A stretch of 64,000 nt of DNA from Candidatus Latescibacterota bacterium (lineage in GTDB: Bacteria; Latescibacterota; UBA2968; UBA8231): assembly GCA_965261395.1 (NCBI GenBank), contig OZ253462.1:2880001-2944000 (forward strand). Reading direction: 5' to 3'. A program made the position numbers and the translations under genes. Under the pieces are notes generated by a model. That model was not told the DNA's origin, made no database searches, and was given only the letters and a program-made list of their open reading frames with translations. Shown piece after piece: positions 1-10,384 of this stretch; position 1 is the stretch's first letter, and each line of letters begins with the position of its first letter.

Positions 1-1
1 G

Positions 2-2119
2 GCCCACGTGCTGCGCGCCAGCGTGCTCAAGGAATACCGCACGATTGTCTTCACCCGCGCCCGCATCACCACCGAACTGGTGTATCGCTGGGCCACCCAG
101 AGCCGCCCGGACTTGCGGGAGCGGATTTCCTCGTATCGCGCGGGCTATTTGCCCGCCGAGCGCCGCCAGATCGAGCAGGAGCTCAACGGCGGCCAGCTCA
201 TGGGCGTGGTGGCCACGTCGGCCTTGGAGTTGGGCATTGACATCGGCGGCTTGGACGTCTGCGTGTTGGTCGGCTATCCGGGTTCGATCATCAACACTTG
301 GCAGCGCGCTGGCCGCGTGGGCCGCGCCGGCCGCGAGTCCCTAATCCTCCTGATCGCGTCGCCCGACGCCCTCGACCAGTACTTTATGCGGCACCCAGGG
401 GAGTTTTTCGCGCGCGATTTGGAGGACGCCGTAGTGGATCCGACGAATCAGTACATCCTCAAAAACCACCTAACGTGCGCGGCGCGTGAACTGCCCCTCG
501 CCGCTAGCGAACCCGAGTACGCGCTGCCCAACTATCAGGAGGCGATTGATGCGCTGACTGAAGAGGGCACGCTGTTGCAGAATGCCGAGGGCGACGCTTG
601 GTTTGCCGCGCGCAAGCAGCCGCACCGCTTGGTCAATATGCGCACCATCGGCGAGTCGTATAACATCGTCGATCGCCACGCCAGCCAGATCGGCACGGTC
701 AGCGGCGGCCAGGTGTACGGGGAGTGCTACAAAGGCGCGATTTACTTGCATCGCGGCCGCCAGTACGAGATCGGCGACCGCAATCCCGAGCGGGGCCAGA
801 TTTACGCCGAGGAAGTGGATGTGGCGTACTTCACCCGCGCCCGCACGGAAAAGGACACCGAGATATTAGAGGAACTGCGCTCGCGGCCATTGAAAGGCTT
901 TATGGCGCGGTTGGGTCGGCTCAAGGTCAGTTCGCAGGTGGTGGGTTACGAAAAGATCCGCGTTGGCGACCAAGTCGTCCTCAGCAAACACTCCCTGGAG
1001 TCGCCGGTGGAGCACTTTGAGACGATTGGCTTTTGGATTGAGCTTGACGCCCACTTCAAGGCCGATCTCAGCCGCCACCAGCACCACTACATGGGTTCGA
1101 TCCACGCGATTGAACACGCCATGAAGTCGCTCTTCCCACTGCTGGCCTTGTGCGACCGTACGGACGTCGGCGGGATCTGCTATCCGCAGCACCCGCAGCT
1201 CGGCAAAGGCGCGATTTTCGTGTACGACTATCACCCCGGCGGCATTGGCCTCGCCGAAAAGGGCTTTGCCCAGCTCGACCGCCTCTTGGACATGACGCTT
1301 TCCATGGTCGAAACCTGCGATTGCCTGCTCGGCTGCCCGTCTTGCATCCATTTTCCCACGTGCGGCGCGGGCAATGTCCCCCTCGACAAGGCCGGCGCGA
1401 TCCACCTACTCGGCGTGCTCACGGGCCGCCGAGCCATCGAGCGCACCTCGTCCACAGCCGAGGTCGAAGAAGCCCCGCCGATTTTCGCCGAGTGGGAGGA
1501 AGAGGAAAGCGCAGAGGATGCGCCGCCCGAGCAAGGTCCGCACGTGGTCGTGTTCGATCTCGAAACCCAGCGCTCGGCCGCGGAAGTCGGCGGCTGGAAC
1601 AAGGCCCACATGATGGGCATGTCGGTCGGCGTGGTGTGGGACAGCCGCGCGCAGGCCTGCACCACGTATTTTGAGGAAGACATCGACCGGCTCTTAGAGC
1701 ACCTACAGGCGGCCGATTTGATCGTCGGCTTCAACATCATCGGCTTTGACTATTCGGTTTTGCGCGGGTACAGCCCATTCGACTTCCGCACGCTCAACAC
1801 GCTCGACATGCTCCGCGAGATCCACCAGCGGCTGCGCTACCGAGTGAGCCTCGACTCACTGGGCCGGGCCACGCTCGACGCGCCCAAAAGCGCCGACGGG
1901 CTGGACGCACTGCGGTGGTTCAAAGAGGGGCGGCTGGACTTGATTGCCGAGTACTGTCAGAAGGATGTGGAACTGACGCGCGACCTGTTCTACTTCGGGC
2001 TGAGAGAGAACTACCTGCTCTTCGACCGCCGCAACGAGGGGCGGATGCGCATCCCGCTCGACTGGAAGCTGGAGGACCTGGTGAGCGGGGGCGGACGCGA
2101 TTGCCCGCAGGCCGGATAA
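2..2119 (+). CDS. DEAD/DEAH-box helicase (MrfA/YprA-like, DUF1998 Cys cluster) fused to a C-terminal RNase H-like (DEDD) exonuclease; 5'-truncated by window edge
   Basis: Helicase motifs TSALELGIDIG and QRAGRVGR; DUF1998 CxC..GCPSC; acidic linker; then VVFDLETQ...GFNIIGFD...YCQKDV exonuclease motifs. Frame is open from position 2. Confidence 0.9.
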   Translation, partial: AHVLRASVLKEYRTIVFTRARITTELVYRWATQSRPDLRERISSYRAGYLPAERRQIEQELNGGQLMGVVATSALELGIDIGGLDVCVLVGYPGSIINTWQRAGRVGRAGRESLILLIASPDALDQYFMRHPGEFFARDLEDAVVDPTNQYILKNHLTCAARELPLAASEPEYALPNYQEAIDALTEEGTLLQNAEGDAWFAARKQPHRLVNMRTIGESYNIVDRHASQIGTVSGGQVYGECYKGAIYLHRGRQYEIGDRNPERGQIYAEEVDVAYFTRARTEKDTEILEELRSRPLKGFMARLGRLKVSSQVVGYEKIRVGDQVVLSKHSLESPVEHFETIGFWIELDAHFKADLSRHQHHYMGSIHAIEHAMKSLFPLLALCDRTDVGGICYPQHPQLGKGAIFVYDYHPGGIGLAEKGFAQLDRLLDMTLSMVETCDCLLGCPSCIHFPTCGAGNVPLDKAGAIHLLGVLTGRRAIERTSSTAEVEEAPPIFAEWEEEESAEDAPPEQGPHVVVFDLETQRSAAEVGGWNKAHMMGMSVGVVWDSRAQACTTYFEEDIDRLLEHLQAADLIVGFNIIGFDYSVLRGYSPFDFRTLNTLDMLREIHQRLRYRVSLDSLGRATLDAPKSADGLDALRWFKEGRLDLIAEYCQKDVELTRDLFYFGLRENYLLFDRRNEGRMRIPLDWKLEDLVSGGGRDCPQAG

Positions 2120-2159
2120 ATGGCAGATTAGAGCCGACAATTATTGCGAAAGGAAGCAG

Positions 2160-3356
2160 ATGAAAATCACCGATCTAAAGTGCGCGGTTATCGGCAACAA
2201 CCCGGTCGTGCGCATCAATACCGACGGGGGCCTCTATGGCCTCGGGGAAGTCGAGGCGAGCAAGTCCTACCTCAAGCCCCACGTGATGTTCTACAAGGAC
2301 TTCATCCTCGGCCAAGACCCGACCGATGTCGAACGGGTGATGCTCAATATCCGGCGCTTGGGTAGCTTCAAGCCCTGGGGCAGTGCGGTCAGCGCGATCG
2401 AGATGGCGCTGTGGGACATTGCTGGCAAGGCCGTGGGCGCGCCGGTGTACAAGCTGCTCGGCGGCAAAATCCGCGACCAAGTACGGGTGTACAATGGCGC
2501 GGTGCGTTTCCCCATGGAGGGCGGCCGCTCGCCCGCAGACTACGCGGCCAACATGCAGCTCATGATAGACGCGCCGCAGAAGTTCAGCATCATCAAGCAG
2601 GGCCTCGCCTTCCACGGCGGGCGGATCACCGAGTCGCCCGAACATTTCTACGGCACCCACCAAGCCGGCCCGTTCCACGCCAATCGCGGCCCCTTGAGCG
2701 AACGCGGCCTCAACCACACAGTCGATTGCATCCGGGCGATGAAGGAAGTGTGCGGCGACGAGGTCGGCTTGGCGCTGGACTTAGGCCCGGGCTTTCTCGT
2801 GCCAGACGCGCTGCGCTTGGCCCGGGCCGTTGAAGACCTCAACGTGGCTTGGCTGGAGGATATGCTCACCGGCGATTACGTCCCCTACGTTTCGGCGGAT
2901 CACTACCGCGAGGTCACGCAGAGCACCTCGACCCCGATCCACACCGGCGAGCAGATCTACTTGCGGCACAATTTTCAAGACCTGATCGAGAAGCGCGCCG
3001 TGGATATCATCGGCCCGGATCCCTGCGACATCGGCGGCATCGCCGAGCTCAAATGGGTGGCCGAATACGCCGACCTGCACGGCATCCTCATGGCTCCCCA
3101 CGGCACGGGCGATGGGCTGTTGGGCTTGGCGGCCTTGGTGCAGGTGGCGGCGACCCTGCCCCAGAACTACCTCGCATTTGAATATCCGACCGGCCACCCC
3201 GAGTGGTGGTACGACATCGTCGAGGGTTTGCCCGATCCGATTGTGGTCGATAGCCACATCGCCGTTTGGGACGCGCCCGGGATGGGCGTCGATTTAATTG
3301 CCGAAGAAGCGCGGCGCTATCTGCGCGAGGAAGACGCCGATTTCTTCGACCAATAG
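2160..3356 (+). CDS. mandelate racemase/muconate lactonizing enzyme family (enolase superfamily) protein
   Basis: SAIEMALWDIAGKAVGAPVYKLLGG, WLED, TGEQ motifs. Confidence 0.9.
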   Translation: MKITDLKCAVIGNNPVVRINTDGGLYGLGEVEASKSYLKPHVMFYKDFILGQDPTDVERVMLNIRRLGSFKPWGSAVSAIEMALWDIAGKAVGAPVYKLLGGKIRDQVRVYNGAVRFPMEGGRSPADYAANMQLMIDAPQKFSIIKQGLAFHGGRITESPEHFYGTHQAGPFHANRGPLSERGLNHTVDCIRAMKEVCGDEVGLALDLGPGFLVPDALRLARAVEDLNVAWLEDMLTGDYVPYVSADHYREVTQSTSTPIHTGEQIYLRHNFQDLIEKRAVDIIGPDPCDIGGIAELKWVAEYADLHGILMAPHGTGDGLLGLAALVQVAATLPQNYLAFEYPTGHPEWWYDIVEGLPDPIVVDSHIAVWDAPGMGVDLIAEEARRYLREEDADFFDQ

Positions 3357-3377
3357 AATAGAATGGAAAGGAAAGGT

Positions 3378-4349
3378 ATGCGCGCGGCCCAACTAGTCGC
3401 CCCTCGTCAGTGGGAACTTATCGAGACAGCTAAACCCCCACAGCCGGCCGCCGGTCAGATGCTCGTGAGGATGGAGCGGGTCGCGGTCTGCGGCAGCGAC
3501 AAGCCGCCGTTTTGCGGCGTCCACAAGCGCTATCCGCAGCCGCCCGGGGCCACCGGGCACGAAGGCATGGGCCTAGTCGAAGCCTGCCCGTCGGGGCGCT
3601 ATCGCGAAGGCGAGCGGGTGCTGTTGTGGGGATTTGACCGCGGGCTTTTCCAGGAATACGTCCTCGCCAAGGACGATGGCAACTGCATCCGCCTCCCCAG
3701 CGACCTGCCCGAGGAAAAGGTGCTGATGAGCCAGCTTTTGGGCACGGTGATCCACAGCTTCCACAAGCTGGGCAACATCATCGACCGAGACGTCGTGGTG
3801 ATCGGCCAAGGCCCGGTGGGGCTGCTGTTCAACGCAGTGCTGCGCAACTTAGGTGCCCGGCGGATCATTGCCATCGACCCGCTAGCTTACCGTTTGGAGG
3901 TGGGCCGCCAGATGGGGGCTACGCACGCGATCTGTTCGGCATCGCAAGACCCGGTCGCCGCGGTCGCCGAGATCACGGACGGTGCCATGGCCGGTCTCGC
4001 AGTCGAGGCCGTGGGCGTCGCCGAGACGCTCGGCCTCGTGCCGGCCCTCTGCCGCCGCAACGCCGAGGTGATCTGCTTTGGCGTCCCGGACAAGGACGAC
4101 GTCGAGGGCTTGATGACGGTCAAGGTATTGGACATGCTGCGCCAAGAGCTGCGCTTGATTTTCTCCATTGGCCCCAGTCCCGACCGCGACTACCGGCCCG
4201 CGCTCGACTGGATCGTCCAAGGCCGCATCGACGTCACGCCGATCGTCAGCCACGTCCTGCCCTTTGCTGAGATCCAGCGGGCCTTTGCCATGGCCTTCGA
4301 CGATCCCGAGCCGCACCAAGCCCTGAAGATCGTGCTCAAATTCCCCTGA
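3378..4349 (+). CDS. zinc-binding alcohol dehydrogenase (MDR family)
   Basis: CGSD, GHEG, GQGPVG Rossmann motif; ATG at 3378 after GAAAGG RBS. Confidence 0.85.
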   Translation: MRAAQLVAPRQWELIETAKPPQPAAGQMLVRMERVAVCGSDKPPFCGVHKRYPQPPGATGHEGMGLVEACPSGRYREGERVLLWGFDRGLFQEYVLAKDDGNCIRLPSDLPEEKVLMSQLLGTVIHSFHKLGNIIDRDVVVIGQGPVGLLFNAVLRNLGARRIIAIDPLAYRLEVGRQMGATHAICSASQDPVAAVAEITDGAMAGLAVEAVGVAETLGLVPALCRRNAEVICFGVPDKDDVEGLMTVKVLDMLRQELRLIFSIGPSPDRDYRPALDWIVQGRIDVTPIVSHVLPFAEIQRAFAMAFDDPEPHQALKIVLKFP

Positions 4350-4373
4350 CCCTGAGCGGAAAGGCATCCCATC

Positions 4374-5609
4374 ATGCAAGTTACCCAGATCGAAGTCCAC
4401 GAGATCGCGCTCGCCTACCACGATTGGATCGCCTACCCGCTCAACCACTACTACGGCCCCGCCAGCCGCACAGTGTACATCGCCCACACCGACGACGGCC
4501 GGATTGGCCTCGGCGAGAGCGGGGGCACCGAGCCGCCGGAGACCATCGACCAGTACATCGGCAGCAACCCCTTTGACTGGATCGGCGACGAGACCTCGCT
4601 GGGGTTGGGCACGGCCATGTACGACCTGATGGGGCAGGCCGCGGGCGTCCCGGTCTATAAGCTCTTCGGCCAGAAGTATCGGTCTTTCGTACCCGTGGGT
4701 GCTTGGACGGTATCGACCCATCCCCAGCACATGGCCGAGGCCGTAACCCGCTACGCAGCGCAGGGCTACACTTGGCTGAAGTACCACCTCTCGCCCTTTG
4801 AAAACGTCTTTGACCAGACCGAGGCCATGCAGGCGGTCGCGCCGCCCGGCTTCAAAATCCACTACGACTTCACCATGCACGGCACGGACGATCACATGCC
4901 CGAGCTGGTGGAAAAACTAGCTGAATATTCGATTGCTGGTTGCTTTGAGGACCCGTTGCCGCCCGGCGACATCGAGGGCTACATCGACCTGCGCAAGCGG
5001 GCCAAGCGGCCCATTGTTTTGCATCACTTCCCGCTGGGGGCTACTTATGAGGTGCTGATGGAGCCGGCCGATATCTACATGCTCGGGCACGCAAAAATCG
5101 GCGATGCCATGCGCCGCGCCGGTTTGTTTGCCGCTGCGGGCAAGCCCTTTATGCTGCAAAACGTTGGCGGTGCCATCACCCGCGCCATGGTCGTGCACAT
5201 GATGGCCGCCGCGCCCACGGCCACCTTCCACTGCCACAACGACTACGAGGTCTGGCAAAGCGACGTGGTAGCAGAGCGGCTGGACCCGATCAACGGCTTG
5301 GTGCGGGTGTCGGAAAAACCGGGGCTGGGGCTGACCTTAGACCGGGGGGCGCTAGAGCGGCTGAAGGCGCTAGCGTTGCCCCCACAAGACAGGTGGATCA
5401 TCAGATCGCGCTTCAAAAACGGCAGCCGCATGTACAACATCGCCGATCCGACCCACTCGATTTTCATGGTGCGGCCCGACCACAACCGCCTGATGCCCAT
5501 GAGCTATGCCGCGCCTATTGAGACGGAGTATTGGGACGACGACGGGACGGAAGAGTACCGGGCGATGTTCGGCCGGATTGAGCGCGAGGGAATCGTGCTA
5601 GAGCGTTGA
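4374..5609 (+). CDS. enolase-superfamily (mandelate racemase-like) protein
   Basis: AMYDLMGQAAGVPVYKLFG, FEDP, KPGLGL. Confidence 0.8.
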   Translation: MQVTQIEVHEIALAYHDWIAYPLNHYYGPASRTVYIAHTDDGRIGLGESGGTEPPETIDQYIGSNPFDWIGDETSLGLGTAMYDLMGQAAGVPVYKLFGQKYRSFVPVGAWTVSTHPQHMAEAVTRYAAQGYTWLKYHLSPFENVFDQTEAMQAVAPPGFKIHYDFTMHGTDDHMPELVEKLAEYSIAGCFEDPLPPGDIEGYIDLRKRAKRPIVLHHFPLGATYEVLMEPADIYMLGHAKIGDAMRRAGLFAAAGKPFMLQNVGGAITRAMVVHMMAAAPTATFHCHNDYEVWQSDVVAERLDPINGLVRVSEKPGLGLTLDRGALERLKALALPPQDRWIIRSRFKNGSRMYNIADPTHSIFMVRPDHNRLMPMSYAAPIETEYWDDDGTEEYRAMFGRIEREGIVLER

Positions 5610-5611
5610 GA

Positions 5612-6013
5612 TTACTCCTGCTCGCGCTCGAATTTGAGCGCCGCTGAGTTCATGCAGTAGCGCAGGCCGGTCGGCTGGGGGCCGTCGGGGAAGACGTGGC
5701 CGAGGTGGGCGTCGCATTGGCTGCATAGCGCCTCGGTGCGCACCATGCCGTGGCTCGCGTCGCGCTCCTCGGCGACCTTGTCTGGTGCGACGGGTTGCCA
5801 GAAGCTGGGCCAACCAGACCGCGAGTCGTACTTGGTCGCCGAGTTGAACAGCTCGCTGCCGCAGCAGACGCAGCGATAGACACCCGATTCCTTGTTGTCG
5901 CAGTGCTCGCCGGTAAAGGCTCGTTCCGTGCCCTTCTGCCGCGTTACGTGGTACTGCTCTTCGGTGAGTTCCTGCCGCCACTCGGCTTCGCTTTTGGTGA
6001 TTTTCTTATCCAT
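5612..6013 (-). CDS. msrB: peptide-methionine (R)-S-oxide reductase
   Basis: KGTERAFTG, CxxC pairs, [21 protein letters not shown]; start reassigned to MDKKI. Confidence 0.97.
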   Translation of the reverse strand: MDKKITKSEAEWRQELTEEQYHVTRQKGTERAFTGEHCDNKESGVYRCVCCGSELFNSATKYDSRSGWPSFWQPVAPDKVAEERDASHGMVRTEALCSQCDAHLGHVFPDGPQPTGLRYCMNSAALKFEREQE

Positions 6014-6042
6014 CGTAGCATTCCTTTCTCTTGGGTCAGTGT

Positions 6043-6516
6043 CTAATCGGATAACTCGGCGTAGTGCCCGCCGAAGAAGATCAGCGGTGCGCCGCTGCCC
6101 ACCTCGCCGGTCAGGCATTCGCCGATGAACATGTCGTGGTCGCCTGCGGTCGCGATGTCCACTAGCTTGCAATCCACATAGGCCAAGGCGTCGGCCAAAA
6201 TTGGTGCGCCGGTCTGGGCCACTTTGGTCGCTATGTCCGCAAAGTCCTTGGGGCCGCGCTGGGCAAAGCGCACGGAGAGGTCCTCCTGCTCCCGCTTGAG
6301 GATGTTGATGGCAAAGCCCTCGGCTTTTTGCAACAGGCCGTGCATGGACGCGCTTTTGTCAACCGAGACCACCACCAGCGGCGGCGACAGCGACAGCGAC
6401 ATGACCGCGTTGGCTGTCATGCCCCAAAGCTGGCCGTCGCAGCAGGTGGTCACCACGGTGACGCCGGTGGCAAAGCGGCCCATAATCTGCCGCTGCAGCA
6501 GAGGATCAAACGCCAT
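6043..6516 (-). CDS. flavin reductase family protein
   Basis: [30 protein letters not shown]; start reassigned to MAFDP. Confidence 0.92.
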   Translation of the reverse strand: MAFDPLLQRQIMGRFATGVTVVTTCCDGQLWGMTANAVMSLSLSPPLVVVSVDKSASMHGLLQKAEGFAINILKREQEDLSVRFAQRGPKDFADIATKVAQTGAPILADALAYVDCKLVDIATAGDHDMFIGECLTGEVGSGAPLIFFGGHYAELSD

Positions 6517-6536
6517 CGCGCGGTTCCTTTCGCAAT

Positions 6537-7769
6537 TTAATGTAGTGCGTTCTGATAGATGCGGGCCGCGTCGTTTGGTTCCACTGCGACCGGATTGGGT
6601 TCGAGCAAGCGCTGGACGCTCAGGGCGCTTTCGACCATCTGCGGAATGTCGGCGGCGCTTATCCCGGCCGCGCTCAGCGAGCCGTATGGAGTGTGCTGCC
6701 GCCGCAGCCCGTCGATCCACTCCGCCGCCAACTCGACTCCCTCCTCGCGGCTCTTGCCACCCAGCGCCAGTCCGGCAGCTCCGGCGGTAAAGTAATACTT
6801 GTCGGCCACGGCCGGGGCGTTGTGCCGCATCACCCCAGGTAAGACGAGGGCCACAGCCGCGCCGTGGGGCACGGGTGCGCCGCGCTCAAAGGAGACCTTC
6901 TCAATCCCGTAGCCGAGCGCGTGGCCGGCTCCGGTGTTGATGGGGCTCAACAGCAACCCAGCGAGCAGGGCACAGCGCGCCATTTGATAGCGCGCGTCTG
7001 GATCGCCGTGGACTACGGCTTGCACGTACGCCGGGCAGCCTGCGGTCAGGGCCGCCCGCGCCACGGCGTCGCCGATGGCATTGCTCTTGGTGGAGGCCGT
7101 GCATTCGAGGGCGTGGCCGAGGGCATCTAAGCCGGTGATCGCGGTCAATATCGGCGGCAGGTCTTGGTGCAAACGCGGGTCCACCAGCGCGGCCTTGGGT
7201 TGTAAGTAGCTGCTGTACACGGCTTTCTTGCCGGTTGCATCGGCGATCACTGCCACTCGGCTGACCTCGCTGCCCGTGCCCGCTGTCGTCGGGATGCCGA
7301 CGAGCGGGGCCAGTGGTGGCTTTTCGTACAGGTCAAAGCCAAAGTAATCGCCTACGGAGCCGCCACTGGCAGCGGTGCAGAGCGCGGCCTTGGCCGTGTC
7401 CATGGTGCTGCCCCCACCCAAGGCGACGGCCACGTCGAAATCCGTGGCTGCCAGGGCGTGCGCGCAGGCATCGACGCTTTGCACCGAGGGGTTGGGCGCA
7501 ATCTCGCTGTACGTGCCGACCACGTCTAAGCCATCGAGGGCTTGGCGGACTAAATCGACGAGGGGGGCAATGCCCGGATCGTGGATTAGCAGCACCCGGC
7601 CCGCGCCGAGGCGGACGCACTCGGCGGCTAGCTGCGCTAGGGCACCCGCCCCGAATACGACCCGCCGGTCGCGGAATTCAAACAGCTCTGCTAGCGCTGC
7701 ACGCCGACTTGCTGTGGCAAAATAGGCGCTGCTGGATAGCAGTTCCTCGTTGATCTGCACGCTGCCCAT
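6537..7769 (-). CDS. iron-containing alcohol dehydrogenase
   Basis: GGGSTMDTAK, PTTAGTGSE, GLDALGHALE, GHALG; start reassigned to MGSVQ. Confidence 0.9.
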   Translation of the reverse strand: MGSVQINEELLSSSAYFATASRRAALAELFEFRDRRVVFGAGALAQLAAECVRLGAGRVLLIHDPGIAPLVDLVRQALDGLDVVGTYSEIAPNPSVQSVDACAHALAATDFDVAVALGGGSTMDTAKAALCTAASGGSVGDYFGFDLYEKPPLAPLVGIPTTAGTGSEVSRVAVIADATGKKAVYSSYLQPKAALVDPRLHQDLPPILTAITGLDALGHALECTASTKSNAIGDAVARAALTAGCPAYVQAVVHGDPDARYQMARCALLAGLLLSPINTGAGHALGYGIEKVSFERGAPVPHGAAVALVLPGVMRHNAPAVADKYYFTAGAAGLALGGKSREEGVELAAEWIDGLRRQHTPYGSLSAAGISAADIPQMVESALSVQRLLEPNPVAVEPNDAARIYQNALH

Positions 7770-7874
7770 TGTGGCTTTTCTCCATGTATTGACGCGGCGA
7801 ACCGAGCCTTGTTTCGCGCGGGGGATTTGTGCAATATATACACGGAACCGCAGCCCTACAAAAACGGAGCCGCC

Positions 7875-8636
7875 ATGACCCAAGACGCCGCCCAGATTTA
7901 TGCCGAGCAGGGCTTTCTCACGGGCCTCGACCTGTTTAGCGCCAGAGAGATCGATCACTTCCGCGCCTGCTTCGACGAGTTAGAAGCTCGCGAGGGCCGA
8001 GAAAAGTGCCAGATCGGCCTTCAGGCCCGCCATCTCAACGAAGAATTCATCTGGCAGATGGCCACGGACTCGCGCGTCCTCGACGCCATGCAGGAGGTCA
8101 TGGGCGTGGATATTATGCTGCTCTCGACGCACTTCTTCTGCAAATATCCCGACCCAGAGGCCAAGCACTTTGTCGCTTGGCATCAAGACGTCACCTACTG
8201 GGGATTGCAGCCGCCCGAGGCCCACACCGCTTGGGTGGCCGTGGATGCCAGCGACGTGGAGAATGGCTGTATGCGGGTCATCCCCGGTTCGCACAAAAAC
8301 GGCATTGCCACCCACGGCGAGTCGGCCAAAGCCGGCAACCTGCTCAGCATTAATCAGGAGATCCCCGACGAGTTTGTCGATGACAGCCAAGCCGTTGATC
8401 TAGTGCTCGCACCGGGCCAGATATCCATCCACGACGGTCAGACATTCCACGCCAGCAACCCCAATACCTCCAATCGCCGCCGCTGCGGGCTGACGCTGCG
8501 CTACATCGCCCCGCACGTCGAGCAGGTCGAGCTCAACTCGCTGGGCAACAGGTATCCGACCATTTTGGTGCGCGGCGAGGACCGCTACGGCAACTTTCCC
8601 GAGCAGTCCGTGCCCTTTGCCCTCGCTTCTCGATAA
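7875..8636 (+). CDS. phytanoyl-CoA dioxygenase family (Fe/2OG) protein
   Basis: WHQD, ENGCMRVIPGSH, HASNPNTSNRRR. Confidence 0.92.
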   Translation: MTQDAAQIYAEQGFLTGLDLFSAREIDHFRACFDELEAREGREKCQIGLQARHLNEEFIWQMATDSRVLDAMQEVMGVDIMLLSTHFFCKYPDPEAKHFVAWHQDVTYWGLQPPEAHTAWVAVDASDVENGCMRVIPGSHKNGIATHGESAKAGNLLSINQEIPDEFVDDSQAVDLVLAPGQISIHDGQTFHASNPNTSNRRRCGLTLRYIAPHVEQVELNSLGNRYPTILVRGEDRYGNFPEQSVPFALASR

Positions 8637-8672
8637 TAGTACAGTCCCGCTATACACTTAAAAGGAGACACA

Positions 8673-9356
8673 ATGGCCCAGTACGACCGGATGGCCGTCC
8701 TCAACGCCATCTACGACACGGGTATCGTCCCGGTCTTTTACAACGCCGACCCAGAAACCACCATTCACATCGTCGAAGCCTGCGCCCGAGGGGGTGCCCG
8801 CTGCGCTGAATTCACCAATCGCGGCGATTTGGCCTACCACGTTTTCACCGAGACCGTGCGCCACGTGATGGCCGAGAAAATCGACATCATCATGGGCGTC
8901 GGCTCGATCTGCGACGCGCCCACCGCCGCCCTCTATATTGCCAACGGCGCGAACTTTGTCGTCGGCCCCTTGCTCAACGAAGAGGTCGCCCGCCTGTGCA
9001 ATCGCCGCAAAATTGCCTATTCGCCCGGCTGCGGCTCGGTCAGCGAGATTGGCCAAGCCGAAGAGCTAGGCGTCGAGATCGTCAAGGTGTTCCCCGGCAG
9101 CGAAGTCGGCGGTCCAGCCTTCGTCAAATCCGTGCTCGGCCCCTGTCCTTGGACCCGCATCATGCCCACCGGCGGCGTCGATGCCACCCGCGAGAGCCTA
9201 GAGGCATGGTTTGAGGCTGGTGTTGCGGCCGTCGGTGCCGGCTCCAAGCTGATTACCAAGGAACTCGTCGCCGCCAAGGACTGGGATGGGTTGGCCGCCA
9301 AGGTCCGCCAGAGCGTCGATTGGATTCGGGAGATCCGCGCTGGGATGGCGGGCTAG
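8673..9356 (+). CDS. eda: KDPG/KHG aldolase
   Basis: EFTNR, GANFVVGP, VKVFPG, IMPTGGV. Confidence 0.92.
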   Translation: MAQYDRMAVLNAIYDTGIVPVFYNADPETTIHIVEACARGGARCAEFTNRGDLAYHVFTETVRHVMAEKIDIIMGVGSICDAPTAALYIANGANFVVGPLLNEEVARLCNRRKIAYSPGCGSVSEIGQAEELGVEIVKVFPGSEVGGPAFVKSVLGPCPWTRIMPTGGVDATRESLEAWFEAGVAAVGAGSKLITKELVAAKDWDGLAAKVRQSVDWIREIRAGMAG

Positions 9357-9450
9357 CTCGGGTCCATTGGCACTGTACCGGCCAATAGCATCCTGTACTT
9401 AGCGATTTGAAAAACTGAGACATCTGCTCGTTGGTTCAAAGGACCTCGCC

Positions 9451-10248
9451 ATGACCTTGACGCAAGCGCAAAAAACCCACTTTGAGGAACAGGGCTACCT
9501 GCCTTATCACCGGATCCTCTCCGACGGCGAATTACAGGCCCTGCGCCAGCGCAGCGAGCAGATCGCCCGGGGCCAAGCCGACCACGTGCCGCCGCGCTAC
9601 GTCCAGTTGGAAGCCGCCTTCCGCGAGGGAGACGGTACCGGGGTCGATCACCTTGATCAGGTACGCAAAATGACTCACTTGTGCTATTTCGACCCTCTCT
9701 TTGAGGCCGTGGCTCGCAAGGCGGCCATTGTCGATGTCATCGAGGATTTGCTCGGTCCCAACATCAAACTCTACTGCGACCAGTTGATGATGAAGGCGCG
9801 CTATCACGGCACGGTCACTGACTGGCACCAGGATTCAGTGGCTTGGCCGCAGTTTGCGCCGCAAGATCACGTCTCCTGCTGGGTCGCCCTCGACGACGCC
9901 ACCGTGGAAAATGGCTGCATGACCGTGCTGCCGGGCAGCCATAAGTGGGGGCCTATCAATTCGGCGCACAAAGCTCGCTTCCTGGACAATCCCCTGATTC
10001 CCGAGCCCGAGCCAGTGGAATTGCCGGCTGGTTCCTGCTTGTTCCACCACGGCCTCAACTTCCACCGCACGGGTGCCAATCCCACCCCCAACCGGCGGCG
10101 CGGCCTAGCCCTGCACTATCTCCGCTCGGAGACCCTGTATATCGGTGTTGAAGGCGAGGAACATCGCCTGATGACCGAGTGCGAAAAGCCGCGCGGCGAA
10201 TTTCGCTTTATGTTGATCCGGGGACGTGAATTCGACGGTCGGGTGTAG
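9451..10248 (+). CDS. phytanoyl-CoA dioxygenase family (Fe/2OG) protein
   Basis: WHQD, ENGCMTVLPGSH, HRTGANPTPNRRR. Confidence 0.92.
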   Translation: MTLTQAQKTHFEEQGYLPYHRILSDGELQALRQRSEQIARGQADHVPPRYVQLEAAFREGDGTGVDHLDQVRKMTHLCYFDPLFEAVARKAAIVDVIEDLLGPNIKLYCDQLMMKARYHGTVTDWHQDSVAWPQFAPQDHVSCWVALDDATVENGCMTVLPGSHKWGPINSAHKARFLDNPLIPEPEPVELPAGSCLFHHGLNFHRTGANPTPNRRRGLALHYLRSETLYIGVEGEEHRLMTECEKPRGEFRFMLIRGREFDGRV

Positions 10249-10278
10249 CTATGGCTCTATTCCTCCTAGGCGGTTGGC

Positions 10279-10374
10279 TACAAGCCGCGTATTGCCGAAG
10301 GTAGCTCCGACGAGAATCCCCCGGCAGAGTTAATCCGCAGAGTGCTGGCGGTCCAGTGCGAGATCACAGCTTAG
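10279..10374 (+). pseudogene. 3'-end remnant of a probable type I R-M methyltransferase (hsdM) gene
   Basis: Translates YKPRIAEGSSDENPPAELIRRVLAVQCEITA*, homologous to the PVPDEDPADLIREV stubs at 38792 and 46264. The HsdM identity is recalled from family C-termini. Confidence 0.5.
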
Positions 10375-10384
10375 ATCCTGACAG

